From: Chthonomonadales bacterium
GTDB taxonomy: Bacteria; Armatimonadota; Chthonomonadetes; Chthonomonadales; CAJBBX01
Reading direction: 5' to 3'
Length of the DNA stretch: 64,000 nucleotides
NCBI GenBank assembly: GCA_038229495.1
Contig: JBBROJ010000005.1
Span: 5,771-69,770, forward strand
Position numbers and translations under genes: made by a program. Positions 60,143 through 64,000 of this stretch are shown here, one piece after another (the stretch's first letter is position 1; every line of letters starts with the position of its first letter). Below the pieces are notes generated by a model. The model did not search any database. It was given only the letters and a program-made list of their open reading frames with translations, and was not told the origin of the DNA.

Positions 60143-62335
60143 ATGCCGGATCTGGTTTTTGAAGTTGGTACCGAAGAGATGCCCGCCGGAGCGATAGGGG
60201 ATGCGCTGCGCGATCTGCGGGACGGTACTGCGAGCGGCCTGGCCGCGGCGCGGCTTGGCGCGGAGAGCGTGGTGACCTATGGAACTCCGCGCCGTCTTGT
60301 CGTCTTCGCGCAGGGCGTTCCCGCGACCCAGCCCGACCAGGAGCGCGACGTGCGCGGCCCGGCCCGTTCCGTGGCATTCGATAAGGACGGAAAACCGACC
60401 GGCGCGGCAATAGGTTTCGCGAAAAAGCAGGGCGTGGGAATCGACGCGCTTGAGACCGTGAACGTAGGTGGTGCGGAGTACGTGCAAGCGCGCGTTACGG
60501 ACGTGGGAAGGCCGGCCGCGGAGGTTGCGGGTGGAATCCTGGCTGAAATCGTAATGGGTCTCGCCTTTCCCAAGAGAATGCGGTGGGGTGATCAGCGCGA
60601 AGGCGGCGTCACATTCGTTCGTCCGCTGCGGTGGCTCCTCTGCCTGCTGGACGATCAGGTGGTGCCGGTAGAGATTGCGGGAATCACAGCGGGGCGGGAG
60701 ACGCGCGGCCACAGGTTCCTTTCGCCCGATTCCTTCGAGGTGGGCGAAGCGCCGGACCTCTTCCAGATGCTGCACATGGCCGGCGTCATGCTGAATCCGG
60801 AGGAACGCAAAGCCGGAATCGTCGGGCAGGGCAACGCGCTGGCGGCGGAGGTTTGCGGTCGGATTCCCTGGGACGAGGGACTGCTGGAGGAGAACGTCTT
60901 CCTCGTGGAGTGGCCGACCGCGCTGCGCGGCAGCTTCGATCCGGCCTATCTTGAGCTTCCGCGTCCGGTGCTGGTGACCGCAATGAAGAAGCACCAGCGG
61001 TTTTTCCCCGTGGAGGATGGCGACGGAAAGCTCATACCGCACTTCATTTCGATTCGAAACGGCGGCGAGGACCATCTGGACACCGTGCGCGAGGGGAACG
61101 AGCGCGTCCTGACGGCGAGATTCGCTGACGCGCAATACTTTTACGCGCAGGACCGCGATACGAAGCTCGAAGAGATGGCGTCGCAGCTTGGACGACTCGT
61201 GTTCCAGGAGAAGCTCGGCACGATTTTGCAGAAGCGCGACCGCCTCGTGGCGCTCGTCGGCGCGCTTGCGGACAGCCTTGAACTAAGCCCCGAGGCGAAG
61301 GACAGGGCGGTTCGGGCTGCCGGTCTGTGCAAGGGAGACCTCGTCAGCCGCATGGTTATCGAGCTTCCCGCATTGCAGGGCGTTATGGGGCGGGAATACG
61401 CGTTGACTCAGGGTGAATCTGCCGACGTAGCCGATGCCATCGCCCAGCATTATCAGCCGAAGTCGGCCGGCGACTCGATTCCGGCATCTCCGCTCGGGCG
61501 TCTGCTGGCGGTCGCGGACCGGCTCGATACGCTCGCGGGGTACGTGGGCATTGGCGTGCTGCCCACCGGCTCCAACGACCCCTACGCCCTACGCCGCGCT
61601 GCTCAGGGGGTCGTCCAGATTCTGGCGGACGAGCCGGACATGCCACCCCTGTTGGAGATGGAGGCGCACGCGGCGGCTGCTTACCAGCACGTAAATGGCC
61701 TCGATTTCCCGCTCGACCCGCTGTGCAACGATCTTGCCGCTCTGTTCAATCAACGGCTGTCCGCGCTGCTTGAGGAGCGCGGAGTGCGGTACGACCTCGT
61801 GGATGCCGCGCTATCCGGCGGGTCCATATACAGCACGCTGGTCTATGCCACCGTAAAGCGCGGGGAGACCTTGCAAGCGCTTTCCGAAGACGTAAACTTC
61901 GTCGCGACGACACAGGCCGCCGCGCGTGTCGCCAACATTCTGCGCTCCGCCGTAGGCGCGGCGGACGACGCGCCGGTTCCGGGCAAAGAGGCGATTCACG
62001 GCAGCGCGGTCCACAGCGTAGCGCGCGCGGTAAGCCTGCTGGAGCAGTTGTCGCGCCGCGTAAACCGGCAGCTGTTACAAGAGGGCAGCGAACTGCGTCT
62101 ATTCAATGAGGCTCAGGCGCTGCTGCCGGACGTTGCGCGCCGCGCCGCGACATACGATTATATAACGCTCTACCGGGAGCTGGATCGCCTGCGAGGACCG
62201 GTCAACGCATTCTTCGAGGATGTCATGGTAATGGTCGAGGACGCGAACGTGCGCGCAAATCGTCTGGCCCTGTTGTCCCTCGTCGATACGCTCTACAAAA
62301 CCCTGGCCGATTTCACCAAAGTGGTAGTTGCATAG
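60143..62335 (+). CDS. glyS: Glycine--tRNA ligase beta subunit
   Basis: 'MPDLVFEVGTEEMPA', 'YGTPRRLVV', 'KRMRWGD', 'FVRPLRW', 'HRF', and a C-terminal anticodon-binding region. Confidence 0.93.
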   Translation: MPDLVFEVGTEEMPAGAIGDALRDLRDGTASGLAAARLGAESVVTYGTPRRLVVFAQGVPATQPDQERDVRGPARSVAFDKDGKPTGAAIGFAKKQGVGIDALETVNVGGAEYVQARVTDVGRPAAEVAGGILAEIVMGLAFPKRMRWGDQREGGVTFVRPLRWLLCLLDDQVVPVEIAGITAGRETRGHRFLSPDSFEVGEAPDLFQMLHMAGVMLNPEERKAGIVGQGNALAAEVCGRIPWDEGLLEENVFLVEWPTALRGSFDPAYLELPRPVLVTAMKKHQRFFPVEDGDGKLIPHFISIRNGGEDHLDTVREGNERVLTARFADAQYFYAQDRDTKLEEMASQLGRLVFQEKLGTILQKRDRLVALVGALADSLELSPEAKDRAVRAAGLCKGDLVSRMVIELPALQGVMGREYALTQGESADVADAIAQHYQPKSAGDSIPASPLGRLLAVADRLDTLAGYVGIGVLPTGSNDPYALRRAAQGVVQILADEPDMPPLLEMEAHAAAAYQHVNGLDFPLDPLCNDLAALFNQRLSALLEERGVRYDLVDAALSGGSIYSTLVYATVKRGETLQALSEDVNFVATTQAAARVANILRSAVGAADDAPVPGKEAIHGSAVHSVARAVSLLEQLSRRVNRQLLQEGSELRLFNEAQALLPDVARRAATYDYITLYRELDRLRGPVNAFFEDVMVMVEDANVRANRLALLSLVDTLYKTLADFTKVVVA

Positions 62336-62445
62336 GGCGAAGGTAGAGTCCTTCGGATAATCTTAGGGCCTGAGTATCCGCAGGCCGCGCAGGCGGACTT
62401 CGTTTCACAGCCCGGACATTTATGTCCGGGAGAAGAGAACCTTCG

Positions 62446-63210
62446 ATGTTCAGAGTCTTATCGTTAGCGGCTGCATTGGTGTTATGCGTTCACGGTTTCA
62501 CATTCGTGCAGGCTCCCGCCCAGCCTGCGAACAAGCCGTTCAACGCGCAGGACATTATGCAAAAAACGCTCGCCGCCTATTCCGCGGCGAAGACATATCA
62601 GGCGAATTGGAGTTATACGCTGGAGCAGGGCGACGGTCCCGCGCACCAGATCCAGAAGATGGCGCTGGAGATCAAATCGAAAGCGCCGAATCACCTTTTC
62701 TTTCGGCTCGCGCCCGCCTCTGACCAGAAACCGCTGGCAGAGGTTTCTGGTCAGGGGCAGTCCCTTCCCGAGCTGCGCGTGGTCATCGACGGCAAAATGG
62801 CATGGTTCGAGAACAGCTCGGAAAAGAGCTTCTACAAGGTCCCCCTGCCGAAGCGGACGGCAATCTCCCCTTTGATGTTCATTCCCCTGATTCCGTCGCT
62901 GTCCGCCGTAGAGCGGAAAGACGATATCCAAGTGGACGGAAAAACGGTCTACGTGCTGGCCGCCGGCACCACGGATGGCGGCGTTGGCCGGATGGAGATC
63001 GAGGCCGGCACGTTCCACATCAAGCGGATTCTAACGGAGGCCCTTCTGGGCCTGGCGAAGAGCACGAGCTCGATTGTCGTGGAGAAGGAGACCTACGACG
63101 CCGACCTGCCCGAAAACGCATTCTCCTTCAAGGCCTCCAGGGGCGAGAAGGAGATACCAGCGCCGCCCACGGCCTACGTAATGTTCGGTCCCCCCGACAA
63201 AGAGAAATAG
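62446..63210 (+). CDS. Secreted LolA-like / DUF2092-like protein
   Basis: Signal peptide 'MFRVLSLAAALVLCVHGFTFVQA'. 'TLAAYSAAKTYQANWSYTLEQ...IKSKAPNHLFFRL' parallels the N-terminal domain of the 29837-31054 protein. The ORF opens at 62422, inside a hairpin. Confidence 0.55.
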   Translation: MFRVLSLAAALVLCVHGFTFVQAPAQPANKPFNAQDIMQKTLAAYSAAKTYQANWSYTLEQGDGPAHQIQKMALEIKSKAPNHLFFRLAPASDQKPLAEVSGQGQSLPELRVVIDGKMAWFENSSEKSFYKVPLPKRTAISPLMFIPLIPSLSAVERKDDIQVDGKTVYVLAAGTTDGGVGRMEIEAGTFHIKRILTEALLGLAKSTSSIVVEKETYDADLPENAFSFKASRGEKEIPAPPTAYVMFGPPDKEK

Positions 63211-63216
63211 GCAAGA

Positions 63217-63264
63217 TCAATCAGTCAACAAGTCAATTGGTCAACGAGTAAATGGGTCAATGGT
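63217..63264. repeat. Degenerate octamer array (GTCAANNN) x~6
   Basis: 'atcaatca gtcaacaa gtcaattg gtcaacga gtaaatgg gtcaatgg'. A related array spans the glcF stop codon (56950-56990). Confidence 0.7.
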
Positions 63265-63289
63265 CGCATACCAATTGACCCATTTTTTG
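63251..63289 (+). terminator. Intrinsic terminator after the LolA-like gene
   Basis: 'aatgggtcaatgg' pairs with 'ccaattgacccatt' (one bulge) and is followed by 'ttttt'. Confidence 0.55.
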
Positions 63290-63296
63290 ATCTGAA

Positions 63297-63432
63297 GGAA
63301 GCCGGAAGTCGGAAGCCGGAACTCGGAAGTCGGAAGCCGGAACTCGGAAGTCGGAAGTCGGAAGCCGGAAGCCGGAAGTCGGAAGCCGGAAGCCGGAAGC
63401 CGGAAGCCCAACGACCCAACGACCCAACGACC
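63297..63432. repeat. Tandem heptamer (GGAAGYC / GGAACTC) x16 immediately followed by the octamer (CAACGACC) x3
   Basis: Units read directly at 63297-63408 and 63409-63432. The array ends 5 nt before the ATG of the sulfatase-like gene. Confidence 0.95.
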
Positions 63433-63437
63433 CACCC

Positions 63438-64000
63438 ATGAACATCCTATTCATCGACGTCGATACGCTGCGCGCCGACCACCTGGGCTGCTACGGGTAC
63501 CGAAAGCCCACGAGCCCGGCGATAGACAGGCTGGCTTTTGAAGGCGTGCTGCTCGAGCGCTGCTACGCGCCCGGCATTCCCACGACGCCCGCCCACGCGA
63601 CGATGTATACGGGTATGCACCCGCTGTCACACAATATCGTGTCACACGGCGGAGCGATGGATCTGGACCGGCGCATCCCCGTCTTCCCCGAAAAGCTTCA
63701 GCAGGCCGGCTTCACCACCTGCGCGGTGGACAACCTCTTCGACATGAAGCCGTGGCTGGCGCGCGGCTACGAATTCTACATCAATCCGTCGCACCGCCAC
63801 AGGATGCGGCTGCTCGTAACGTGCGAGGAGATCAACGCGCGGGCCATCCCCTGGCTTCGACAGCATTCGCGCGAGCCCTTCTTCCTGTTCGTACACTATT
63901 GGGAGCCGCACACACCGTATCTGCCGCCGAAACGTTACCGGCAATTTTACGAGGGAGGAGACCCGTTCGACCCGGCGAATCAGGAGCTTGAACCCATGAA
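63438..64000 (+). CDS. Sulfatase-like / alkaline-phosphatase-superfamily hydrolase (3'-truncated by the window edge)
   Basis: My own translation: 'MNILFIDVDTLRADHLGCYGY...TPAIDRLA..GV....CYAPGIPTTPAHATMYTGMHP'. The frame is open to nt 64000. Not in the supplied ORF track because no stop is reached. Confidence 0.8.
   Translation, partial: MNILFIDVDTLRADHLGCYGYRKPTSPAIDRLAFEGVLLERCYAPGIPTTPAHATMYTGMHPLSHNIVSHGGAMDLDRRIPVFPEKLQQAGFTTCAVDNLFDMKPWLARGYEFYINPSHRHRMRLLVTCEEINARAIPWLRQHSREPFFLFVHYWEPHTPYLPPKRYRQFYEGGDPFDPANQELEPM

Noticed and set aside
60032-61135. 367-aa minus-strand ORF antisense to glyS
   Set aside because: glyS on the plus strand is unambiguous. The antisense product is Arg-rich and low in complexity.
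63225-63454. Three overlapping minus-strand ORFs ('GFRLPASDFRLP...') and the 'AYDAYD'/'MLTMLT' ORFs at 15644-16024
   Set aside because: They are translations of tandem-repeat DNA in intergenic regions, with no start or RBS context.

Overview
High-GC (roughly 60-65% by eye) bacterial chromosomal segment with about 50 protein genes and one tRNA-Pro(CGG). No rRNA, CRISPR array, transposase or integrase was seen. Gene content (prepilin-leader H-X9-DG/DUF1559-like proteins with '[11 protein letters not shown]', lipoprotein CRTAC1/ASPIC paralogues, giant Ig-repeat surface proteins, outer-membrane barrel ending in Phe) suggests a diderm of the PVC/Armatimonadota type; this is inference only. Confident housekeeping genes are tyrS, dtd, aspC-type aminotransferase, miaB, glyS, glcD/E/F, a MOFRL glycerate kinase, an Ntn asparaginase, a class III nucleotidyl cyclase and an HD-GYP response regulator. 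Accessory content worth a second look: (1) a lower-GC two-gene cassette, ABC-type ATPase plus a small E...DxD (TOPRIM-like) protein, at 16975-18842, a candidate OLD/PARIS/AbiL-like defence module; (2) a tightly coupled six-gene operon of unrecognisable membrane proteins (31269-35416) behind a consensus promoter; (3) a receiver domain fused to a CaMKII-association (hub) domain; (4) a low-GC type II R-M pair with a BamHI/BglII-like nuclease; (5) a giant (about 2300 aa) surface protein with at least 8 tandem 'Y-x-D-x-D-N-x-P-P' modules, next to a CsgG/LpoB-like protein and a Big_1+OstA-like outer-membrane barrel; (6) a family of 7-9 bp tandem repeats at gene boundaries and, as (CACGCCT)n, in frame inside two unrelated housekeeping genes; (7) several palindromic or MITE-like intergenic elements. 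All functional calls come from motif recognition by eye, and no database search was possible.
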